NCBI GenBank assembly: GCA_051362555.1
Contig: CM120641.1
Location: 26,294,401 to 26,358,400, forward strand
Source of the DNA: Lingula anatina
Lineage: Eukaryota > Animalia > Brachiopoda
Length of the DNA: 64,000 bases
Reading direction: 5' to 3'
Below the pieces are notes generated by a model, which saw only the letters and a list, made by a program, of their open reading frames with translations, was not told the origin of the DNA and made no database searches. Made by a program: the position numbers and the translations under genes. Shown here piece after piece: positions 1-18,300 of this stretch; position 1 is the stretch's first letter, and every line of letters starts with the position of its first letter.

Positions 1-687
1 AAACGCACGTTCAAGAGGGCATTGGGCCACTTGCCAAAGCGCAACGTAATTTTCCATTCAAACGAGTTGAAGATTAACCCAATTGCTGCGGTTTATCGTA
101 TGATTATTCTTTATAAATGAATGATTGTGGATTGTAACGCGTCAAATGATAGCGCTTTTTATTGGCGTAATGATAGCAGTTGATAACCTAATTGATTTTT
201 GCAACTTTAATACTTTGTGACTAGGAAGCGCGAGCGTACGCACGTGCGGGAGTACAGCTACGTGCCAAGAGCCACATGACTGTTGTTGACTTACTCAACG
301 TTACTGAGACTCTTTGCCGAATTTTACTCCCACTAAAGCCGTGAATTATTTTAGTGTACAATGCAGCGCCACAACACTGAGAAGGAACAGTTTTAATGCC
401 AACCATAGAATTGGTGTAACAGTCCTGTCAACACTCGAGATCACGTCGGGGGTCTCGTGACCTCCCGACTCAGACCAAAAATCTCCCGATCTATCAGACT
501 TTTCTTTCCTGTCGTTAGAACGGCTGGTGACATTATTAAAAACCGTGCCGTTACATTATCGTCTTCTTAGTTTCATTGATGGAGGGTAGTGATTGCAGTA
601 AACAATAAGGAGGAAATGTAAAGACAAAACCACGTAGGGTCCATCCGGAACACTATGTATGTTAATTCTTAACACGCCTCCTCCTGA

Positions 688-750
688 CCCTATACCAGGG
701 TCACAGTTTGATTTTTCAATAGATATTCACAGATATGTCTCTGTTTAAAT
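688..750 (+). repeat. Dispersed repeat fragment, second copy at ~54489-54550
   Basis: Shared AGATATTCACAGATATGTCTCT with similar upstream CCCT..A.CAGGGT.ACAG.TTGATTTT. Confidence 0.6.
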
Positions 751-1624
751 GAATGGCTGATCTCTGTAATGTTTGTGGATCTTTCTTTCTTCCTTTTATT
801 ATGATTATTTTATTTTATTTTATTTTTTTGGGGGGAGGGGGCAATTTCTATTGTGAGTGGATAGTCAACACGTGAAGTGCCAAATAAAAAAAAGAATACA
901 ATAGCAATTTCCATGCCAAATTATCAGAAACATCTCGTAACAATTTCCTGCGTGAAAAATCAATAAAGTTTATTAATGGATCTTCAGCAGACAGCATACT
1001 GCATAAACAGGCTTACGTAGATCTGCTTCATATAGATGCACAAACATGTATCTTTCTTCGTTAAAAAGTTTTTTCGCTTTATCATATCAAGAAATATGTA
1101 ATTTTGTCTCATTTATTCTTCCCTCCTATCGTTGCTTTCTTCTCGAAGTTTGGCCGTCTTGCTACATATAATGTGCTTTCTAATGATTAAATAACGTTCC
1201 AATCTTATAAGCACGGCAGCAATAGAAACACGACCTCAAAGGAGACAGCGCTTCATCAATAATTAATACGAAAGATGGTGCAATCGTCTTTTAACGTCTA
1301 TGATAAACAACACGAGCGTGTGAATGTACAAATTTCCAATTTTCTCGTGAAAATAAGAGTTATTTTGATCTGGATAACATGAAATCTTATTCTATATTTT
1401 TTCAATTCAATACTGAATGATTGCCCTCACTTACCTTATCTCTCGTATTTCAGTGTAACTTGGAGCCTAGCTATGTAGCTGGTAGACGTGGAGGACGCTG
1501 TTAAACTCAGCAGGCTGTTGCGTTTTGTTAATTTTATACGACTTTGCACACGAGACACTGACTACCGCCCGCAAACGTCAGGCACGAGACTCGGTTTATC
1601 TAAGGAAACGGTATTTAGACAATT

Positions 1625-2112
1625 TTGTCAGGTCTGATAAAAATTAATTTGTTGTTGGAGCTTAAGTCATAATTAGCATTTTTGACCAAAAAAAAGGGGG
1701 AAAGGGGTTTTAAATATATAATTCACAATATATATAGTAGGCCTAGTAGCTGCGTTTAAATGTCCTCGCGGAACCTTAAATGTTTTTCAGTCGTTATCTT
1801 TTGATTGACCTATTTCTGATGAACTTGGCTGTTTGTCAAAATATTCCTAATCGTGTTTATGGCGTTCTTTTGCAGGTGTGATAAAATATGAACTTGTGGC
1901 TGGAACGTAAATCATAATTAGCATTTTGAAAAAGAGAGAAAGACGGTTTCAATTTAATATAACACGTATATCGTAGGCCTAGTAGCTGCTTTTTAAGTGC
2001 ACTCGTGGAAACTTGATTTTTTCAATCTTTATCTTTTGAGTAACCTAGATTGTTGCCTGAAAAATTTGGCGGTTGTCAAAATATTTCTAACCGCATTTAT
2101 GACATTCTTTGT
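1625..2112 (+). repeat. Diverged ~240 bp tandem dimer
   Basis: TCATAATTAGCATTTT, GTAGGCCTAGTAGCTGC and TTGTCAAAATATT.CTAA each occur twice about 235-245 bp apart. Confidence 0.8.
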
Positions 2113-2626
2113 GAATTCTTCAGGTAGCCCTACAAATTGGTTTAGGCCCATGGGTCTGCATGTAGCCTACTTGAACTCAAAGTGTGTCATAAGGACTCCA
2201 GTAATGCGAACATTTATAAATTAACGGGGGTAAAGAGGATATAAGATAAAAACGAAAAGAGGGGAAAAGAAAAGAAAAAGCAAGATTTTCGTTTTCATAT
2301 TTTCATTCTAAACGATAGCTATTGAAGGTCTACACCTCCCCCCTCCCTTTAAAAACCTAGGCCCCACTTCCCAGTTCCTAGGGCATGTTGTCGATGTATT
2401 GAATTGGCTTGAAATATCTATTGATATGGATTGTTATTGTATTCTTATCTATTATTTGTTAATTTTGTTAATTATTTATTTTAATTTTTTGGGGGTGGGG
2501 TGGGGAGGGGGGGGGGCTTATTTTTCATTGAGCGATAAAGGTAGCACCCAAACGTCTAATGCGGTTTCATATAAAGCGATGATAGGAGCGATTTAAAGGA
2601 AGGCTAACAGCAATGCAAAAGTCTGT

Positions 2627-2664
<38 letters not shown>

Positions 2665-3059
2665 CAGACAGGCAGATACCTTTAAATAAATAAGAAGATT
2701 TTGAACTTACACAGAAATAAGAAAAGCGCCCCTTCACGTGAATAATGGGCCCTACATGATAGCCTAACATAGGCTACAATTCAAAACTACAGCGAATAGC
2801 GAATACCAAAGAGCGGAGAGAATAGAGTAGATTTAGTAACCAATTATTATATTACTAACCTTACTGTATTTTCCACGTTCTTTGGCATTTGCTGTCGTTT
2901 TGAATTATAATTATGCAAGTGATCGCAATTGGCCGGAGTGGTGCTTATCTTATATAGTATCGGCGTGCAGTTGTGGTCGCTCTTTCCTCGCAATACCCCT
3001 GGTCCTTGAGACCTTGACCTGGAGTATTTGGTCTATTTTAGTACGAGAGAGAAGCGACC

Positions 3060-9543
<6,484 letters not shown>

Positions 9544-10937
9544 AGTCGGGTTTATGCTGTGTCGAGCCTGTATTCCAAGTGCCAAATTGTCCGACTCTTT
9601 GTAGATGTTAATTATCCCAGAAACTGGTCCCATATTTTAGAAAGTATTTTACATGACTTGTAACTTTATTTAATGAGTCATAGCATGTTAATTCCAAATT
9701 TTTAGCAACGGCTGTTATGCACTGTTTATTATTATGGAGTCTTCCTGGTAAAACCACCAATTCTTTTAACAGTTTGTTTTAATGACTCAAGCTGCGGATA
9801 AGTTATAACAAAAAAAGGAACGTTCAATCAATGCATTGATGCTACCGAGTTTCAGACCATGCTTTCCTATATTTATCTAAGATGCACTCGGTACACTGAC
9901 AGAGTAAGCCATATGTTATATTCATGCATTCCCTGCCTGCATGCAGCGTGTTAAATAAGACGATGATGGTATCATATCACTTATCATGAACAGATGAAAT
10001 AATGACACCAGCAGTGACACAGGACTATCTAATTATGTGTAACACACCAAGTGATTATACAGATACAAGATAGTGGTTGTGCTCTTGCCAAACTATGACT
10101 AGTTTTCTTGTGGTTGTGTGTCTCTTATGTTCATGCCAATAATGTTGTATTTCATCGGTTGTCAGAAACGCAGTGATGGTTCTTTTTAAGGTAATGCTTT
10201 TAACCAAAAAAGAGAGACATGTGTATAGTTTTTTTTTACTTTTATAATGTTAATTTTGTGTTTGCCCTTGTTATCACTTTGAAAATTGAAATTTTTTTCT
10301 AAAACATTTCCAGTTTTTCACAGTTTTGTAACCAATTTATTCACATATAAAAATGGCATATAATTGCGGTAAAAACTTCCTTGTTACTTCATTAATTTGA
10401 AAGCTGCAAATAAGAGAAAATCAGAATAATTTACACATTTCTTTACATTTCCGTTTGAATGTGAAATGTGTTATTTTTGAGACCTGTGTGTATACATAAT
10501 GCGCGCTGATAATTAAAAATCATCTGTATGCATGTGGTCAACTTCCCTTTTCCAAAAGTTCAAAACGTTGCTCAAACCTGTTTCCTAGGTTTTTCGTTTT
10601 TCGGCACATGAAATCTTCCCTCGGATATCAAGGGCTTCTAAAATACTGTACAAAATTATAGTGTGAGCGATACAAAGATTTTGACCATACTAGCGCACCC
10701 TGTGGTCGGAGAGAGCATGAAATCCGCTGTCACATTTACTTGTATACAGTAAGCCTCTGTACTTAAATTCTGATTAATCTTTCTTTTACATCTATTTATG
10801 TTAAAATGTGGAAAGCACGGTAAATTCCTGCCACATGATAATAATCGATCTCAAAACTCGCTTTCTAGATAAACAGATGGGGCATCAGCATTTTACTGAT
10901 TTTGGTTTCTTGAGATTTTCTCCATTTTCCGTTATTG

Positions 10938-12582
10938 TACCACCAGCGTTAGCGCTGGCGGTACACATGGTTTCGGTCTCGTCCGGATCGTTCCGCCGGC
11001 TCCGCCGGCTCCGCCGGACGGCTACCGTTACCGCTTCTCCTCCTAGACGGTAAGGCCCCCCATACCCATCTCATGGATTTAGGTCACCTATAATCTCAAC
11101 TCGTTCCACGTAAAATTTGGGCTTTGTCGGTATTGGGGTCTGGGTGTGGCACTCATTGCAATGCACCCTTGTCCAAAAATGGCAAAATTAAATGCTAATT
11201 ATCTACCCTACGGAAGGAGTTACGGGAAAATTTTCTACAGACGGCTTTCCAAAAGTCATATGTGTAGATTTCAAATATACCCTCGGATTTGACCTTTGAC
11301 CTTTACTTCAAGGTCAAATGGGCCAAAATTTTCAAAAAAATGAAATTTTTTACGAAAAAAAAATTTTTTGCCCTGTTATTCAGACACCACACAGACTTAA
11401 CCAATAATATTATTGGAAAGTGTTACCCTTCAGGTCATCTTTCATCTCCGTGAATTTGGGGTCAATCGGTGCATTTTCACAGGAGTAGCGGCCATAAGAT
11501 ACCGAAACTGAAAACTGTCTCTAATTCGGGAACCGTTAATGCTAGAGACCCATTCTTTTTTGCATTTTGTAGAGCATGTAAAGCCCAACACTGGAGGTGG
11601 TCTCGGTTTTTTTGTATTCCATACGGTTTTCGAGTTACGCTGTATCAAAAAGTACATATTGGTGGTGAAAGGAAAATGTACGGAAGCCCACTGGTGCCAT
11701 ATGTAGAAAAAAAAATTATCTCGAAATTTCGAGATACTATTTTGAAATTTGAACAAAAAAAATTTACCACCAGCGTTAGCGCTGGCGGTACACATGGTTT
11801 CGGTCCCGTCCGGTCCGTTCCGCCGGCTCCGCCGCCATGTTACCGTTACCGCTTCTCCTCCTAGACGGTAAGGGCCCCCGTACCCATCTCATGGATTTAG
11901 GTCACCTATAATCTCAACTCGTTCCACGTAAAATTTGGGCTTTGTCGGTATTGGGGTCTGGGTGTGGCACTCATTGCAATGCACCCTTGTCTAAAAATGG
12001 CAAAATTAAATGCTAATTATCTACCCTACAGAAGGAGTTACGGGAAAAATTTCTATAGACGGCTTTCCAAAAGTCATATGTGTAGATTTCAAATATACCC
12101 TCGGATTTGACCTTTGACCTTTACTTCAAGGTCAAATGGGTCAAAATTTTCAAAAAAATGAAATTTTTTACGAAAAAAATTTTTTTGCCCTGTTATTCAG
12201 ACGCCACACAGACTTAACCAATAATATTATTGGAAAGTGTTACCCTTCAGGTCATCTTTCATCTCCGTGAATTTGGGGTCAATCGGTGCATTTTCACAGG
12301 AGTAGCGGCCATAAGATACCGAAACTGAAAACTGTCTCTAATTCGGGAACCGTTAATGCTAGAGACCCATTCTTTTTTGCATTTTGTAGAGCATGTAAAG
12401 CCCAACACTGGAGGTGGTCTCGGTTTTTTTTGTATTCCATACGGTTTTCGAGTTACGCTGTATCAGAAAGTACATATTGGTGGTGAAAGGAAAATGTACG
12501 GAAGCCGACTGGTGCCATATGTAGAAAAAAAAATTATCTCGAAATTTCGAGATACTATTTTGAAATTTGAACAAAAAAAATT
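10938..12582 (+). repeat. Near-identical ~820 bp direct tandem duplication of the element's 5' portion
   Basis: Copy 1 ~10938-11764; copy 2 starts at 11765 (TACCACCAGCGTTAGCGCTGG). The duplicated ORF-track entries at 11469 and 12286 are 817 bp apart. Confidence 0.95.
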
Positions 12583-12785
12583 TTTATCTCGAAATTTCGA
12601 GATAGCATTTTGAAATTTGAACAAAAAAAAAATTATCTCGAAATTTCGAGATAGCATTTTGATATTTGAGCAAAAAAATTTATCTCGAAATTTCGAGATA
12701 GTATTTTGAAATTTGAACAAAAAAAATGCTATCTCGAAATTTCGAGATAATTTTTTTTTCAACATATGGCACCAGTCGGCTTCTG
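12499..12785. mobile_element. Nested MITE with TA flanks and internal ~49 bp repeats of a 20-bp palindrome
   Basis: TA|CGGAAGCCGACTGGTGCCATATG ... CATATGGCACCAGTCGGCTTCTG|TA; five copies of the perfect palindrome TATCTCGAAATTTCGAGATA. A truncated left arm is also present at ~11681-11764. Confidence 0.85.
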
Positions 12786-13037
12786 TAAAAATGTGCAGTA
12801 CGGTAATGGATAATAAATTTTGAACTCCGGAAAAATAAAACATAATGCTTGGCAAAGCAGACAACTTGTGGTCAAAAATGACATTATTTTATCAAATTTA
12901 AACTTCTGCAACTTCAGAGAACCTCCCATTTCAAGAACTTTGACCAAAATGACCTTTTCTTTATTTTAATTAATTTTTTCTGTAGGCAATTTATGGCACA
13001 TTATGGTAACTCCAAAATTATAACATTTAGTCCCTTA

Positions 13038-14456
13038 TATCTCCAAAACTGGCAGAGATAGGTCCATAGTTACTATTGAAGTTGAATAGGAAGTCATATA
13101 CTGGCAATCTTACTGTGACCTTGACATTGACCTTTGACCTACTTTTCACCATGAACTGAACTTTGCAAATTTTGCTTCCCTTTTATCTCCAAAACTGGCA
13201 GAGATAGGTCCATAGTTACTATTGAACTTGAATAGGAAGTCATATACTGGCAATTTTACTGTGACCTTGAAATTGACCTTTGACCTACTTTTCACCTTGA
13301 ACTGAACTTTGCAAAATTTGCTTCCCTTTTATCTCCAAAACTGGCAGAGATAGGTCCATAGTTACTATTGAACTTGCATAGGAAGTCATATACTGGCAAT
13401 TTTACTGTGACCTTGAAATTGACCTTTGACCTTCTTTTCACCATGAACTGAACTTTGCAAATTTTGCTTCCCTTTTATCTCCAAAACTGGCAGAGATAGG
13501 TCCATAGTTACTATTGAAGTTGAATAGGAAGTCATATACTGGCAATCTAAATGTGACCTTGAAATTGACCTTTGACCTACTTTTCACCATGAACTGAACT
13601 TTGCAAATTTTGCTTCCCTTTTATCTCCAAAACTGGCAGAGATAGGTCCATAGTTACTATTGAAGTTGAATAGGAAGTCATATACTGGCAATCTTACTGT
13701 GACCTTGAAATTGACCTTTGACCTACTTATCACCATGAACTGAACTTTGCAAATTTTGCTTCCCTTTTATCTCCAAAACTGGCAGAGATAGGTCCATAGT
13801 TACTATTGAACTTGAATAGGAAGTCATATAATGGCAATTTTACTGTGACCTTGAAATTGACCTTTGACCTACTTTTCACCTTGAACTGAACTTTGCAAAA
13901 TTTGCTTCCCTTTTATCTCCAAAACTGGCAGAGATAGGTCCATAGTTACTATTGAACTTGCATAGGAAGTCATATACTGGCAATTTTACTGTGACCTTGA
14001 AATTGACCTTTGACCTTCTTTTCACCATGAACTGAACTTTGCAAATTTTGCTTCCCTTTTATCTCCAAAACTGGCAGAGATAGGTCCATAGTTACTATTG
14101 AAGTTGAATAGGAAGTCATATACTGGCAATCTAAATGTGACCTTGAAATTGACCTTTGACCTACTTTTCACCATGAACTGAACTTTGCAAATTTTGCTTC
14201 CCTTTTATCTCCAAAACTGGCAGAGATAGGTCCATAGTTACTATTGAAGTTGAATAGGAAGTCATATACTGGCAATCTTACTGTGACCTTGAAATTGACC
14301 TTTGACCTACTTTTCACCATGAACTGAACTTTGCAAATTTTGCTTCCCTTTTATCTCCAAAACTGGCAGAGATAGGTCCATAGTTACTATTGAAGTTGGA
14401 TAGGAAGTCATATACTGGCAATTTACTGTGACCTTGAAATTGACCTTTGACCTACC
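13038..14456 (+). repeat. Satellite-like tandem array, ~10 x 146 bp, with 4-monomer higher-order repeat
   Basis: CTCCAAAACTGGCAGAG recurs at 13041, 13187, 13333, 13479, 13625, 13771, 13917, 14063, 14209, 14355 (exact 146 bp period). Confidence 0.97.
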
Positions 14457-15093
14457 TTACAATGAACTTAACTTTGATTGCACCATTTTTAGTTATATAT
14501 ATTTTTTGCATATTTTGAAAATTCTTGTTGATTGCATTTTTACAGCTTGTCAAGCACAAGACTGGTGGCTGCACCCCTTATTTTGTGTATGTGGGGGTCT
14601 ATACGAATGCGCTTGCTCCAGCTGGTGGTACAATATTCGGAGGCGGTATCGCCTCTCTGATCCTCTAGTTCCTACTAGGAAACGGATTGTTTTTGATTTG
14701 TTGAAGTCGCTAGCAAATTCTTGGACTTCATTTCTTCTTTTATTTGCTTACCTGTACTCTCCTTCACATCCCACTTTCAGTTTTTGTTAGAACTGAAACT
14801 GGGCGTTCGACCACGTGTAAAATTACCCTTATTAAAGTCATCAAAACTGGGTTATTTTAAATTTGCTGTCGCAAAAACGGAAGAAGTTGGTTGAAAATGA
14901 GGTTGTCTTCCACCGCGTTATCTTTCAGTGGATTCATCTTACAGCTATTTTTAAGCCAGAATCAAAAGATTATTTTTTTTAATTTTATTTATTTTCAGTA
15001 TCTTCGTTTTCGTGTCATGCCTTACTATTGTAATAAAAACACCACCAGAACGCTTGCATTTTGATAAGGCGGGTCGTCTCAAATCACGCTTCT

Positions 15094-15352
15094 TAGGGAC
15101 CATTCCCATATCCTATCGTACTAACTGTGGATCGATCCATCTCCGAGGGGATTCTTGCTAAATTGCAATCAACTTAAGCGGCTTAGATGTCTGTCACGCC
15201 TACTGAACCTGCTAGGGGGTAGTGAATTATCGTTTAGCATCTTCAGTAGGCCTGCTATACATCTAAGCTTAAGCTGAAAGCAATTTAGCGAGAAACCCCT
15301 TGGAGATGGATCGGTCTTGTTAGATCCATCTAGGTATGGGAACCCAGTCTTA
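15094..15352. mobile_element. Foldback MITE (~260 bp), diverged relative of family A
   Basis: Inverted arms GATCCATCTCCGAGGGGATTCTTGCTAAATTGC..CTTAAGC..TTAGATGT / ACATCTAAGCTTAAGC..GCAATTTAGCGAGAAACCCCTTGGAGATGGATC; same length and similar arm motifs as family A. Confidence 0.75.
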
Positions 15353-18300
15353 CTCGCTTCTTAGTATCTGCACGTTTCAAAAGAACGTGAAACAGACCCA
15401 AGACCAGCTCCTATAACCCCTCTTTCACGTTTCCAATGAACTGCGGCAAACGTGCCTAAATTCCATAGCATTTATTACGTTGACTTTTAAAGAGAACATT
15501 ATCCCGTCTATTAGATGGCGGTGGAGATTGGGCGGAGAGATGCATTATGCGAGAGTCAAATAAGCCGGTTGCGACCAACCATAAAATGTGTCAGATGAGC
15601 CGATAGCTGTGATAAGTCTGCATTTTGAGCCTCGGGGCACGCTCTCAATCAGTTAAGGCCCGAGAATAGCCTTGATTCTGTTGAACACGCAGGTAACAAG
15701 TTAGGGACTATATTATTGTACCAGTATTGCCTGTCCGTGACACTCCGTGACAATGGACGGTGTATCACTGTCCAGGTATTGTATAATATCACCAACTTGG
15801 GGTCTCGTCACGTTGGTTGGAATGGAGAGGGTTGTGTCACACAACACGACATATCATCTTTTGGTTATTCAATAATTGGAACCTATGTTCGCCTATTGGC
15901 ATAATAATTTGTTTAGAACGGTGGGAGAGTTGGTGCAAAACAACGGCGAGTTTTTGAGTGTGGCGGGAAAACGGGAGTGTCATAGCGCCACGGTGGTTTG
16001 GAAGTGACTCAAATTAAGGTATCCTAAGCATCCGTTTGATTCCCATACTCTGCCCATGCTGCATAACACTGCATTCCACTTTATAATTAGCCTCGCATCG
16101 GCCTACGTAATTATATTAAACACAAGGATCGTATTTGTCGCGGGTCATTGCTCTTTCTAAGCCAGGAGCGCTCGGAGAAGCGATTAAGGTATCGGATATA
16201 TGACCGTGGCAGTCATAATTATAACTTTCCAATGTGGTTACGTCATAATCGGCTGTCGATTATGAAGTTGTGAGGAGTGGGGCTGCCTTCCCGTAAACTT
16301 TTGACCTGCATTAATGGGTAATCGGGAAAAATAAAGACAAGGGGCCCTTAACTTGAACATGCCAAGCCGAGAGTATTGTGCAAGATTCGTTATGCGGAAT
16401 ATGCTTACGTGCAACCTATCTCGATGAATCTACGTGATGAAATACCTGTCTTGGGTGGACAGACAGAGGCATTCAGCTATGGGAATATTTCCCATATTGA
16501 ATTGTAGTTAAGAATCTGCCAGACCTACTGGTGCCTTCTTCGTTAGGCTTGTGACACTCGCTTTTGAAGATAAAAAAGCTATTTTTCCTTTTCACATTTA
16601 CAGCTCTCGCAAATTCTTCTCCCGCGGATAAACCCACTTTGTAATTCCACACATGGTTATTTTCTCCAGCGACAAAAACTTAATTGTGGACAACAAACAA
16701 CTTAAAAATTCAAGTCGTCTTGACATCTCAATTTTGATGAGATTATGCCCTAGGGAAATGTTCATTTTATTAGTCCGAATGGCCGTGTCGTCTTTAGCCG
16801 AGAGTTTTTTTCATTGATAATTGGTAATGAATTCCCTGATCTCATGAACTTAACATGACCCATGGTCGTTTGTCCACTTCTCACCTGTCCCATTGCGTCA
16901 CCGTCTGGTCAATCGAACAATAGATGACCGCTAGATGTTTTTTAACAACAATAAAAAGATATTTGAGACCATAATCCTCTTTTTGTGTTGGGGCCATTAT
17001 GAAACGCATCTGCAAGTAAGTTCGGTAACGCAAAAGCAACATTATCTTTTCCCGTTGTCTGTCAAGTAGTAGGCTAATCACGACTTTCGTCTAATTTACT
17101 CTTGCCGATAACATTTTGGGAAGCATGATAGAGATACAATGACCAACACCTGTTGATTTTTTAATGGGGATAATAGTTTTATTAATAAGAGTCACATATT
17201 CATACCGGCAACAATATGGTGTTTGGTTATCTTAAACGGCTGTTGAAAGATATGTATTTGTGGTACAAATGCATACTGGTTATTCACCTTTTTCACTTAT
17301 TTGATTATTGTGATAAATTATCATCGTCAGCAACGTGTTACTGGACAGCTGATCAAGACATCAAATCTATCACTCATTCTAGCAAATAAAAAAATAGATA
17401 AATGAATAAACAAGGACCAACCATTGACAAGAAAGTCCATTTTTATTCTGATTTGAATTCATGTGTAAGTTTTTAAACCAGAAAGCTGACTTTTCATCTC
17501 TCACTTCATTATCACTTTTCTTAGACCCGCCAATTAAACGTACTCTACTGGGGATTACTGTATACCACCTTAATGGCAGTGTTGCCGGCCACTTGATTAT
17601 CAAGTCCGAGGTAATAAGCAGGTGCACGGAGATTCTTAATTGCGGCGGTCACGTATTTATTACGTCGTACAATATTTTCCTGCAAGAATATATATAAAAT
17701 GATAAGCATTGTTATCAATAATTCCGAACGTGTGTTAAAACCCTTTATTCCAGCAAGCTGTGTTTCAAGATCCATAGATAGATAGATAGATAGATAGAGA
17801 GATCGTTTCCTAAAGACTAAACTGTGCATAACCCTGCATAAGGTGCATATTTTCCATACATTAAAATATGATTGTACTGAATTGTGTACTACGAATTTAT
17901 AAAAAGGCTTCGGTGTCATTTATAGTGGGGATATAGCTTGAATATCTATACAAGACATTCTAGTCTGAATTTTACTTGTCATCAATGGATGCTAAATTTT
18001 TGTTTTATTTTTCTGCTTATATCTGCGTTGCTGTCATTTAGATTGACAGAAACCTCATTCGTCATGTACTTTCGACGTACTCTTACTGTTGTTTTGCCAT
18101 TTCTATCAAGTGATGGATGGGACCATTAAATGTTTTGCAATATTTTTCGTGTTTCGAAATTGTATTTATCAGCATAACGAACAAAACCTAATAATTGATT
18201 CTCGACTCGAGAAAAGCGACTTTGCTACACATTGTGTTAAAGTTTGATAGTCACGCTTCGACATAGTCATCCAACGCACAATTAATTTGTTGGATCTTTT

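Larger units (their letters stand above)
10932..14670 (+). mobile_element. Composite non-autonomous Helentron-type element (HINE / DINE-1-like)
   Basis: Perfect 15-bp subterminal inverted repeats TATTGTACCACCAGC (10933-10947) / GCTGGTGGTACAATA (14621-14635); 5' internal hairpin TGTACCACCAGCG-tta-GCGCTGGCGGTACA; TCCGCCGGC micro-repeat; central tandem array; 3' hairpin GAGGCG-gtat-CGCCTC (14640-14655); CTAGTT end; no TSD. Confidence 0.85.

Noticed and set aside
10643-10751. CTCF-like motif (TAGCGCACCCTGTGGTC) as an insulator between ADPRH and the bZIP domain
   Set aside because: Imperfect match lying inside a short decayed inverted-repeat element (TACTGTA...TACAGTA); cannot be supported without data.
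12535-12750. Palindromic 20-bp repeats with ~29-nt spacers as a mini-CRISPR
   Set aside because: The spacers are copies of each other (TTTTGAAATTTGAACAAAAAA) and the array is bounded by MITE TIRs.
11442-12947. ORFs of 62-133 aa inside the Helentron-like element
   Set aside because: No Rep, helicase or transposase motifs; a frameshift separates the two duplicate copies; they are translations of repeat DNA.
13038-14456. Regular array as a CRISPR locus
   Set aside because: Monomers are near-identical over their full 146 bp with no unique spacers; the context is eukaryotic and there are no cas genes.
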